A stretch of DNA of 64,000 nt. Source: Raillietiella orientalis. Its lineage: Eukaryota. The translations under genes and the position numbers were made by a program. The stretch lies in assembly GCA_036172245.1 (NCBI GenBank), contig JAYWIR010000066.1:62001-126000 (forward strand), written 5' to 3'. Shown piece by piece: positions 37,156 through 49,100 of this stretch; within the stretch, counting starts at the first letter, position 1, and every line of letters begins with the position of its first letter. Below the pieces are notes generated by a model that made no database searches, was not told the DNA's origin, and was given only the letters and a program-made list of their open reading frames with translations.

Positions 37156-40100
37156 CTGAGGGCGCGGCTCGGAGGGAGCCAGGTGTCTCCTTGGGCGACC
37201 CACCCTCCCCCCTCACATGTAATTGGCCAGGTTGTGCTCGTGGCCCACGTGGGTGTCGAAGCCGTGGGGCACCTTGTCCAGGTAGTCCTTCCCGATGCCG
37301 CAGATGAAGCAGTTAGACTCCATGCCCTCCTTCGCGCTCTCCAGCTGGTCGCGCAGGTCGCCGAAGGCGTCGATGATGAGACCTGGAGAGGGAGGAGCGC
37401 CGCAACACCGGCGGGTTCGCGAGCGCGTCCGCTTCCTCCGGGACACCACGGGGAAGGGAGGAAGAGGCGAAGGTCACCTTGGATGATGGCCAGCAGGATG
37501 ATGATGACGAAGAAGAAGAAGGTGATGTCGAAGATGATGCGGTAGACCTCATATTCGTCGCCATCCGGCGGGTCGATCTCGTCTCCGATTCCCCCTCCGG
37601 CGCGGACCCCCTTGTACAAGTGGAAGACGAAGCACTGGAAGCCCCCACGCCCGCGTTGGGAGGCGGAGACCCAAGCGTGCCAGCGGGCTCACGGTGAACA
37701 TGTCGTGGCACTTCTGGTCCACTTTCTCGTCCTCCTCCTGCACGTAGAACTTGCGGAAGAAGTTGAACGCGATCACGGTGTAGATGTAGACGACGATCGT
37801 CAGCAGCATCACCGTCAGGACCAGCTGGAACCCCGGGCGGGTGGTGGGGAGGGAACCTCTTCCGGAGGGGGGAGGGGAGGGAGGTGTCCAAGGTAGCTCA
37901 CCTGCTTGCCGTTGTGCGTGACGGACTGCAGGATGGTCTTCAGGGTCTTGAAGCCCACGGCCACGTCTAACAGGTGGGCGGCGAAGAAGAAGTAGTTGAA
38001 GTTACCCATCACCGAGAAGAGGAAGTACCAGAGGGAGTAGAGGAACGACTGGGAGCCATAAAGACGAGACCCGGAGGAAAGAAGGGCAGAAGAAGACACG
38101 CTCCGCTGCCGCTGCAGTCGCACTACTCACGTTGTCGGTGATGGTGACCCCTGCCTTCCATATCTGGTACCGCCAGTCTATTTCCTGGATGCTGGAAGCA
38201 CACAAGAAAGAAAGAAGGAAAGATGTCGCTTTGGCGGAAGCTCCTGGCTTCGGACCAGAGTGGCGCAAGCGCCCACACAAAACGTTCGCGGGGGAGCGCC
38301 GCCACGCGCGATTCCGTGCGCATCGCGCACGGTCGTGTCTGCGTGCTCGGGATCGCGCGCGGGCCGGCCGATGGCCCTTAGGACTTGATCCTCCAGGTTT
38401 CCCGCGAACGCGGCCGCCTTCCCAAAGCAGCTGCAGCGCGCTGCTTCGAGAGCAGCCGAGTTGATCTCCAGGGCCTGCGATGTTCCAGACTAAAATTCCC
38501 TTCGGGGTTCTTCTGTTTTCGCCCCTTTCCTTCCAGTTTTTTTTTTTCTTTTTCTTTTGGTTCGCCAAGTGCTGAAGAACCATTCACCTCCTTATAGAGG
38601 GCTCGCAAAACTCTCCACGCAACGTCCATGCCATCCGAGAGTACGAGTGACCCCTCAAGTTAGGGGGTCACCCCGAATGGACCACCCTTTGGATCCAGGA
38701 AGGACTCCGAAGGAAACCACCCTCTCCTTAGTCTCTCCGGAGGGACCCTCGAAGAAGGAGACGGCTCCGTTCTTCACCACCGGAGGGAAACTCCAAAGGG
38801 ACCCTTGATGTCTTGGAAGGACCCCAGAGGGTCGAATTCCAATCCTGGCCGTCGACGTGGGCATCTGAAGGTTTTCCGCTTTCACCGGTGCCGCCAGACG
38901 AGAACCAGCGCCATCTTGCGAAAGACTCGAAACCAAAGACGCATCCTCTTCAATTCTTGGCATCGATCCGTCTTTCCCTAGGCGGGATTTGAACCCGCGA
39001 CGCCTGACGACGGGCGCGCGGAGAGACCGCGGTCGCCACACGGTGGCCGCCCGACGCGGGCATCTGTACGAGCCACTCCGAACTCCCAGGTCCACACCGG
39101 TCGGCAGAGATTCCGCGGAAGGCGTGGCGCTTGCCACTCGCTAGCTCACGGGGTGGGTGGGGTGGGCTCCCTGCCAACAACACGGTCGCCCCGGATGTTG
39201 CCTCCCACTTCCTGGATTCGAGATTTCGGAAGGAGACTGAGGAAGGTTTTTTCCCTGCTCTGCAGCTTCCGCCCGCTTCGCAGTCGGGCAGTGGCGGTCC
39301 GCGACGGGTGCTTGGGAATGGAAGGATGCTGGTGTCGAGGTGAGGGCGGGTGCACATCAGAACCTCCCTCTCGGAACCGGAAGAGTCAGATGGGCGCCAA
39401 GGGACTCAGGCGTCCCTGATCGAACGAAGCGGGGACGGCCCAGGACACTCTGCTTGAGGAACCCCGGACGGAGAGAAACAGCGCCAGAACAGAAGCGGGG
39501 ACGGGAGCGTTTCCGGACTCAGGACTGCCAAAGCTGAGCTCCACCGACCTCGGGGGAGGGAGTGAAGAACGGATGCTGCGCTCAACGGGAGCTTCGATCA
39601 ACTCGGTCAAGGATCAGGGGCGGAAAGGGGAGTAACAGACAAGACCTGAATGAGTCCTTCTTACGGGGTGATGGGAGTGGGGACTCTGCCGCGCACGGCA
39701 GGGAGGAGTCCAGCAGCAGCGACGACCAGCTGCGACCGTCTCTGACCACCGCTTCCTGCAATGCTCGCCTCCAGCTGCCGCTCCGGGCGGACAGAAGAGG
39801 GGGAGGGGCAGTCGGCGGGCTCCTGGTAGAAGCGCCTGCGGGCAAGTACATCAGCGAGCGAGCAATGGAGAGGAGCGCGGCAGAGGTCGCTTCTAAGCCA
39901 CCCGCCGTTCAGCCGCCGCTCCAAGTGGGCTCATGTGGCGACCGGGGTCAGAAGATGACCTCTTAAGGAGTCGCCAGATTACGATCGCCGCCTGCGTCGG
40001 GAATTTTTTTTTTTCTTCGTTCCGCCGGGGAGAAGAAGAATCTCCCAGAAAGGTTTGTCCCGCCGCCTCCTTCCATGGGGTCGCTGCGGGGAGAACGCCT

Positions 40101-43100
40101 AGCAACCCTGGTGCGGCCGCGTGCGGGAAGAGAGGAACTTGGGAAAAAGAGGACGCCGAGGGCGCACGTACTAGCCAATTAGCCCTCCGGCTTCCTCGGC
40201 CTGCCCGAAGCAGTTGGTCTTCTCCATCCCGAGTAGGTTGCTGATGGACTCGAAGTCGTAGGTGTCGCTGAACTTTTGCCGCACCTTCTTCTTGACGAAC
40301 TTGTCCCAGTAGTTGATCGGGAAGGACCTGGAAGCGGGGGGGAAGGGGAGTAGAGAGTCCACGGGGGTCGCCGTCGGGGCGCGCTTTACTTCGCCGAGAT
40401 GACCAGCTTGTCCCAGTGACCTTTCATGTCGTCGTCATCGGGCTGCTTAGCGATCCACAGGCCGTCGAACTCCAGCTTCCTGGCAATCTCCTTCTCCCTC
40501 TTGAATATCGCCAGGGGCACCTGAAGCAGCAGCAGCTCGGCAGTCCCGAAGGGGTTCGCTCGGGGACGCATTCCCCACCTTCAGGTGGTAGTAAGCGATG
40601 AGCATCGCCAGGGAGATGACGCTGTGCAGGATGGCCATCATCCTGACGATGTGCTCCAGGTAATACAGCTTCTCGTCCACGTGGATGTACTCCGCGGCGG
40701 CGTCCTCGTCCTCCGGATACGACAGGGAGCGGTGGTCGCTGCTCTGGAGGCCAGTCTTCTCCAGCACCGTGGAGTTGGCCTCGGAAAGTGCTTCCAGGGG
40801 GGACGAGTACGAGGGGGTGGAGTCCTCGTAAACTTGGCTCGCCTGCGGAAGAGAATTTGCCCACCGTTGGTGAAGGTCGGGGGTCTCAGGACCTACGTGG
40901 AACTCACCTTGAAAAAGAGGAGCAGGAAGTTGATGCAGAAGGCCAGGGCCAGAGCCACGTACTTGATGCTGTAGAAGTTCCTCGCCAGGAAACTCTGGAA
41001 GAAGCGGGGTCTGGCGTGGTGAGCAAGGGGCTAGCGGACGCCGCTTCGCGGACGCCCCGCGAGATGGTGCGCGCGGCAAGCGGCCGGGCGGCTCAGGGAA
41101 ACCTGCGGCTCGGTCGGTCAAGCCCCGCGTGCCGACGCAGTGGAAATGCGGGAGCGCCTACCAGAGGGGAGGGGGTTGACCCTCGAAGCGCGAAGTGAGA
41201 AACTACCCTCGGACACGGGAAGAGTCCCAAGCGGGCGGACGGAGCTCCTACAGACCAGAAGTGCACCCTCGACACCTGCCTTCGCCGGCAGCACCGAGGT
41301 GCTCGTGGCGCCGATGGATCACCTCAAAGAACGAGGGGCTGCTCGAGTTCGTTCTGCCCCCCACCCCTCTCTCTCGCCCCCAAGGCATCCGGCATTCTCA
41401 GGACCTCGTGAGCGGCGCCGGATCGATCTCGGGCGCCAAGCTTCACGCGCCAAGCCGCGGAGCTCTCCGCGCTTCCAGGCGCGCGGGGCCAAAGGGAAGA
41501 TGCACCCTCCTCCCTCCCCTTTGCCCCACGAGATGCTTTGCATTCTGGTCGGACTCTGCAAACGGGTGTGGTACATTATGTACCACACGCGCATCGGAAT
41601 CATCAGCACATTATTATACATTTCATTTTATACACATATATATATAGTTAACACACACATCTATTTTTATCATCTTTAATATCGCAATATTCATACCATA
41701 AATATATATCATTAATGATATGTATTAATGACGCTAATTATGTTAATATGTATGTTTACAAATATTAATAAATAGTGTATGCCAAATGCATTTGTATATT
41801 TATCTATAAATAAAAATAGATATTAAGAAAGATTTGCATATCAATTTGTATATCAATGTGTATAGCATACACATATACACACAATATATATAACAAACAC
41901 GTATATTAGTGTATACAATTAACATATATTACTATATATAAGAAACACGTGTATTAATATAAATAATAAATACATATACTTGTTTTTATAATCCTCCTGA
42001 TCCATATTACTCTGTGTACAAACGTATATGGTGATTTACAGATGAAGCGCGTGGATGTATTTTTATGATCTTTCGGGATTTCGACCGCGACTGCCAGCAA
42101 ACCACGGAGACGCAGCGAGAGAGCTCGGCGCGTTGCTCAGGAGACGGGCAGAGATGGTGATAGTTGGAAATGGTGTGCAGAGACGCTGTGAACACTCCTG
42201 GCAGCGCAGGTTGGGACCTCGGCAGGGGTGGAGCCACGGCGGCCACGCCAAGAGCACACGGGGAGCCCGTGTGGAGTGCAGAGAGGGTGGCTGGCCCCGC
42301 GAGCACCCTTCGCAGCCAACGAGCGAGGAACACGCGGGGACGGACGGAAGCGGCTGGCTGCGGGAGGCTTGACCGGAAGTGGAGCACCTAGGGCTGACTG
42401 CGGGCGGGGCCGAAGAATCAGGCGATGCTGCTGCCAAGTCGGGGAACGGCCCACGCGCCGAGGCGCCCCGCCGGAGTTGGGCGCGAGCGAGAGCCAACGA
42501 CGCCAGGGGACACGCGAAGCGTCCAGCCTACAGGACGGAAGAGCGCGACTCCGGGAGAGGCCCGGCTCACCAGCGCTGCCCGGAGGGCTCGCGAACGGAT
42601 TCGGGAAGCAGCCAGGATTCGGTGCAGGAGCAAGGGCGAGCGGCAACGCGGTCGCCGCGGCGTCGCGCGCGTCCTTGTTGCATCTCGGGGAGAGAGCGCT
42701 GCTCGGAGATGACTGCTGTCTCTCGAGGTAGCCGGGGTGCCATCGAGCTCTGGGGCACAGCGGCGGCGGCACCGAACGACCCGCGCGGCTGACCCGTTGC
42801 GATTTCGCCCGTCCCCCCCTCAGCCGCGCAGGGGCGGAAGGGAACTCACCACCACGCTCTTCGAATAGTTTCCGAACTGCACTTGGGCCACTATGGGGAC
42901 CTCGTCCGCGGCGGCGTTCCGGTTCTGGTCGCCTTCCTCCAGAAATTCTAGCTGCTGCGCTTCTAGCTGCTGCTCCAGCTGCTGCTCTTCCTTGGAGTGC
43001 GAGAAGAAGCTGGAACGGGATAGCAGAACCCATCATTCGCTGCGTGGAAGGGAGGGGGGAGGAACAGACCCCAGCGCTCAGTTCGCCTCGTCTCGTGCGC

Positions 43101-46100
43101 GCGTTACACCGCCTCCACCAGGGATGCGTGCGCGGCCGCGTGGCGCCGTCGCCGGACGCGGCGCGCCGGCAGCGATGGAAGCCTCCGCGCCGCGTTCGGG
43201 AGCGCGAGCACGGCGGCGCTTGCGCAGGCGACTCCTCATTTCCCCGGGGGTAGCGCAGACGCCGCGTCCCTCCTCGTGGCGCAGCGTTTTTGATCGGCGA
43301 GCCGGGGGAAAGAGGAAACGGTCGGATTTTTTGGGGGGAGGGGATTTTTCCTTCTTCCTCCTGCCCCAGCTCCCTGGCCACAGACACCTGCAGCAGCAGA
43401 GGGGACAGCTCGCGACGCGCGCCCGTCGGAGGCGCGCGGGGAACGAACGCCAGGTCGGCTGGACGGACCGTTTTGATGGCGCTGCGCTCGTTCCATCGGG
43501 AGGCGACAGACAGACAGGCAGAGAGAGAGAGAAAAAGCGATTCTCTGGCGCTTCTCTGGCTGCGCGTGCTGTCGCCTCCTTCCGCGTTTCACGCGTTCTT
43601 CCAGGGCGAGAGTTTGCACCCTTTTTTTTTTTTGATGCTCATTTTCGCTTTTCTTTTTGGAGGAGGGGGGGAGGTGACTGAGGCTTCACCGAGCGCCATC
43701 GAGCAACACCCCCTTTTCCATCCCTCTAGAGCGCGGGGTGCTCGGCAGCTCTCCCGGGAGCTTAAGCAACTGAACTGGACGCGTGAAAGGTCGCAGAAGG
43801 AGGAAGCGTGCCGGAATGTCCGAGGAAGGGAGACCCACCGCTTCCAAGGAGCACGCGGTCTGCTGAGGGTTTGAGGAGGTCTCGCTCCGGGAAACTCATG
43901 ACATCACGTTTCGCACTGGGAGCTCGTGCCAGGGTCAGGCACTAGCGAGTAGGTGGGTGGGTGGGGTAGAGAAGCGTATAGGGGCCCGGAAGAAGTGTCC
44001 TTCGGAGGTGTCTCTCTGACGGACCGCTGGCAGGGCGGTTCCTACCAAGAGCCCGTCGGAGAGACGCTGCGAAGCCGGAACGGGCGACTGGCCAGGACTG
44101 TTCGACCGCTGGGCGCGCCAGGCGCAAGAAGCTGGTGGTCCATGCTCATCACCTTTGCAGCTCAGAGGCAATACCCAGGATGCCTTCCGCGTCTGACTGC
44201 CGGTCTTGGACCGCGTGCTCGGCATCCCCTTCTAGAGCCAGTAGCCTTTCCGGTCTCCTCGTGCCGTCCGCCGAGCTGCAAAGAACAAGAAAAACATCGA
44301 CAAAGCTTTTCAGGTTCCCCGCTAGGAGTTCTCAGAGCCCCGGTGGCCCATAGACCTGGCGCCCTGCTTCTCGTACCCTCAGGACTGGGACAGTCCCACG
44401 AACGCTCTTAGTTGACCGGCAGTCGGCGGGGCCTTTGCGTTCGGTCGCCTTTCTTTCCCGAGCACTGCTAAGCGCTCCAGGCGGGCTCTCGAAGGGGAAG
44501 GACACGTACAGAACGACGGTCTTCCCCCCCGTCGAGCGGTGTCCGATTTACAGGGGTCCACTCAGGGGGTGGACGAGTCTCAGGGTCTGTCCACCGCCGT
44601 CTTCAGGAGGTGGAACCACGCGCCGTGTCGTCGCCGAACGTGCTGCGGAGAGTGACGCAACGCACATAGCAGTGACGTAGCATACGGAACATCGCCGAAT
44701 GCGCTGGGGAGAGTGGCGAGACACACGAAGCAGCGTCCGGGCTTCACATCTGCGGCGGTTGCGGCCTCGTTCGCGACGTGCAGCCCCCCTGGCAGGGAGG
44801 ACGTCGTCGAGCAGCGATGGCCGTCGGATCCGGATGTGCTCCTCCCACGAAGCGAGGGCAAGCGACAGGAGCTGCCGGCATCGAACGCATGGCGCGGCCT
44901 TCCCCCCGGCCCCTGCGATTTTCTGGCAGAAAGCGCCATCGGTTGCGCTGGGGATGACGTCGTCCAGCGCGCAACGCAGCCGCGGCATCTGCTGCACGCG
45001 CCGCATGACGCACCCTGCCTGTGACAGAGTCTGGTCGCAGTTAGTCGACTTCCAGATGGAGAAGGGGAAGCCGCTGCCATTAAGTGTCGGGGGCAGGGAG
45101 CTGGTGGCTGCTCTTGTCTTTCGCCTGGGCGAGCGGGTGGGAAGACGAGGCCCCGACACGCGTGCGCCGGCGCGGGTGGGAGAGCGGCCCTTCCGCCGCT
45201 TGCGCGGCGGACTTTCTGCATGCTACGAAGAGAGAGAACCACGATTCTGGGAGATGGCACCGGTTCGACAAGCTCCCCAGGGCGCTTTCTTCAGCGTTGG
45301 AACGTGCCGTTGCCGGAAACGCTCTGCGACCCCGCTTGCTTCTTCCGTGCCCGCTTCCGTGAGGCGGTCCAGGTGAGGATCGTTCCCGCCCGCTTAAGAG
45401 CCGATCCGGCTCGGGTTCAAAAGGATACCACGGAGGTGGTCCCGCGAAGCCGCTTCCAGCCGTCGAGCGGTTCCGCAGAGGAAGGAACGCGTGGGCGTAT
45501 GGAGACAGGAGGGGTGAGCATTCCCAAGTGGCGAGCAGCTACAGCGATCTCCAGCGAAGTCCAACCTTGGGTGCGCCGTTTGGTGCCGATCTGCGTTTTG
45601 CGAAGGCACCCGAAGGGTCGGTTCGTTCGCAAAGTGGGAAGGGTGTGCCATCGAATTCCACACATGACCGGCTCCATCTGCAGGCGTGCGCCGCGGAGGA
45701 TTCCACTCCACCTGTCAAGTCTTTCTAGTAGCCATGACGACGGCGAGGGGGTCTTCCGCGCACCGTAGCGCGCGTTCTACCGAAACTCCTAGTTGAGGCC
45801 GACTTGCATTCGCCCCCGCCCCATCCTAGAGCGGAAGAGACGACAGGACGCTTTGCACGCAACGCATCTCGCGCTCCCCTGTCCTGGGAACATTTAAAAC
45901 CTCGTGTTGGCGCACTCGCCTGGAATCTTCCTGCTCTGCCGTCGCCGCCGCCGGTGGTTTCGCCAGCATCCTCTCCTTGGCGCTGTGGTCCGCGGACGCG
46001 GAAGTCATGGAAGGCATCATCTTCCTCTCGCCGGCCGCCTCCGCCTCGCCGTCCTCTGCGACCTCCGAAGGCATGCCCTTAAGCAGCGCCAGCACGAAGT

Positions 46101-49100
46101 ACAGGAGGTACCTGGAAGCGCGCGCGATCGGTGGCTAGGAAGGTGCGCGCGCGCGGAGGATTACCGGAGAGCAAAGAGAGCCCCGAGCCCGGCGTAGTAC
46201 GCAGCGTGGAAGGACAAGCGGACGAGGGAGGTCAAGATCTCCCGACGTGACTTCCCGTGCACGGCCCTCAGGAGCTGCTTCGGGGAGAAGACGGAAATCC
46301 TCCTGCCGAGGTCTGTGGTCAGGCTGCTCACGGCCTTCTTCATGGGCTCCGAGTCGCCGCTGGAAAGAAAAGAATGCAGCGCGCGTGCCATCCCCTGTCG
46401 AGCTGGGAAGGAAGAGGTAGGTGCTGGATGAGCGGGGTCAAGCAGGACATCGCTCCAGTTGCGTCTCGAGGAGGAAAGGGGGAGGGGACACCCGCTTTCC
46501 CCTCTCTCCCGCGTCGGCAGCATCCGCAACTGTCCTTCTCCTTGAAGGCGTGTGGTCAGGTGCTCGAGGAGAGACCGTTCGGGCCGGGAGGAGGGAGGGG
46601 ATGAGACCGCCACCGAGCAACGACGACGATCAGAGCGCCGCTCGGACATCCCCGACTGTGGTCGTTCGGCTCCATGCAGGCCGGGACCCGGGAATTCGAG
46701 ACCGTTGCAGCGAAGCACTCCCTTCTCAAACCGGAATATGCAAGTCCCTTTTGGGATCTTCAGTTTTCCTTGCTTCCTTCCCCCTTCCTTTTTTCTGCGT
46801 TTTCTTCCGTTCTTTTGGTTTGCCAAGCGCTGAAGAACGACCCGTTTCCTTACGGGATGCCCGCGAAGCTCTTTGACGCTCTTACGTGCCACCAGCGAGT
46901 GCGTGCTGACTCTTGAAACTGAGGAGTCACCCCATGGAACCAAGAAAGACTCCGGAGGATGAGGTCCCTTGTCCCTCCTTTGCTCTTCGGAGGAGGAACC
47001 ATGAAAGAAACCCACCTCTTCCTTCTTTCCAGAGGGACCTCCTGGAAAGGGTCTGCTCCTGGAATTTCTTCTCCAGAGGGGATCCGCAAGGGAGCCTCTC
47101 CCTCTTTCATGGTCTGAAGAGAGCCCCGATGGGAACCTTTCTCCTTCTCTCCAAAGGGGTCTCCCGAAGGGAGTCGCTCTCGATTTCTTCGGGGGAAAAT
47201 TTCCTCGAAAAGGATCCGCTCCTCGTTTGACCCTCTGAAAGAACCCTGAAGGAAACAGCGTTCTTCTTGATATTCTGCAAAGGCAACATCCCCTGGGGCG
47301 GTATCGACCAGCCTTCATGGTACTTGATGGATGGTGTCTCGAAGGATATGGGGGGGGGAAGGGGACGACTCCATTTTGAAAAGCCGGAGAGAGAACTCCG
47401 AAGGACCCCTTGATGTCCTGGAATGGCTCCGAAGGGTCAACTTTCAATCCTGGCCACTCAGCGGGATCATCCGGGGGTTTCCGGCTTCCACCAGTGTCGA
47501 ACCAGCGTCATCTTGCTGAGGGGACTCGAAATCCACGGCATCCTTTCATTTCTCGTCCTTCCATGGGTGGGATTCGAACCCACGACGTCTGGCAGCGTGC
47601 GCGCGCGTAGAGACCGTAGACACCCAACCACCGACTCACGGTCACCCTGCTTCCGTTGCGCCCTCATCTTTTGCCGGTTCGGAAGCGGGATGCGTCTTCC
47701 AGGAGTCCCAGACGCACAGCTGCGTTCTCCTCGCGGTGGCGCCTGTCGCGGGAACCGCTGGCGTTTATTTTACACTATCCCGAAGCTGTTCCGAGAACGG
47801 CTCCTCCTCTGCTCGCAATGAGGGAGCGGAGGTCGGAGGAGCCAATTTCTTCCCCCTTGGGGGTGTGGGGTTGTTGCGAATACCGGGCAGGAGCTCCCGA
47901 AGGCGGAAACGAAAGGCGCCGGCGCGTGTGAGGAAGTCTGGAAATTTCAGGCGATGCGGGGGAGGGGCGTGTGGAGGTCGACCGCCGCCCTGCGTCGCCA
48001 CCGCGGCGGAAGCTGCCATTTTGTCGGATCCAGTTGAAGAAATGGCTAGCCGACGACCCACCGATCCCGGGAGTTGGCTCGCGAGAGTTGGGGACCGCAC
48101 CCGAGAGCCTTTTTCCCCCTACCCCATCCCACGGCCGCCTGAAGCCATGCTTCGACTTTTCCCGGATCCCCTGGCGCGGTGCAGTCGCCACGAAACCCAA
48201 ACGACGACGACGAAGCCACACCGTCCAGCTTGTCTTCCGCGCTTCTTCCGGATCTGCGCACGCCTCTCGAGCACCGGACCGTCGCCCGGAGCGGTCGAGG
48301 TCCGCTCTGCGTCCTTCTCAGACACCCCGAGGGTCCTTCGCGCGTCCGCAGACTCCCACGATGACGGTATCCATGGGGCGAACTTGAGGACCACGGCATC
48401 CTCCCCGCTGCTCCTTCCTCCGTCTCGCGCCTCACCCTTCCCTTCCCCTGGAGAACCTCGGTGCGACTTTGACCCAGGGGATGGGACGGGACCAGTCCTG
48501 TCCATGCTTGGCGCCGCCTTCGGTTCCACGGAGGTGGGGCCGCAGGGACGGTTCGTCTTCCTCCATGGTCCCCTGGAGACGCCACGGGAATGGTCTCGCG
48601 CACGCGCGCGCGACTCGAAGCGGAAGCGATGCTTGCATACCTCTTGACCTGGTCGGGACTCATAGCGTAGGACACCTCCTTCCTGGACTCCGAGCGGCCC
48701 ACGGCCTGAGCGGGCATCAGCGCCGAGGCGTGCTGCATCTCGAAGATGGCGTCCTCGCAGAAGTCGATGAAGGCTTCCAACTTCTCCTTGTCGCCGCCCT
48801 CGTTGGCGGTGGAGTAAAAGAAGGCCCGCTTGGATTCCTGCAGCGCGACATGGAGAGGTCAGCCCTTCTCTCGGAGGAACCGGATGCGTTCCCGGTCCCT
48901 CCCCCTGTCTACGCAGCCCGCCCTCGCGTGGCGGCAGCCTCCTCTCCGGACGGGGATTCGCGCGCTGGCTGCGCGAGAGAGCCCTCCGGCAGCCGTGACC
49001 CCGTCTGGTCGCCCGGCGATCCGATCTTTCTGCAAATCAAATCCGGAAGAGCTGGTGCAAGAGGAGCCCCCCCGAGGACATGCGTCTCTCCCTCGGCCAC

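Noticed and set aside
42137..43387. 416-aa Arg/Pro-rich ORF
   Set aside because: GC-rich intronic sequence overlapping a RyR exon in a different frame; no recognisable motifs.
46161..47447. 428-aa ORF as a gene
   Set aside because: It is chance read-through of SINE copy E and intron sequence into RyR exon 46165-46359.
47560..47640. tRNA gene (also at about 36010-36060 and 53090-53150)
   Set aside because: Only B-box and partial A-box similarity; I cannot build a cloverleaf, and each is attached to the same dispersed repeat body, so these are SINE-like heads.
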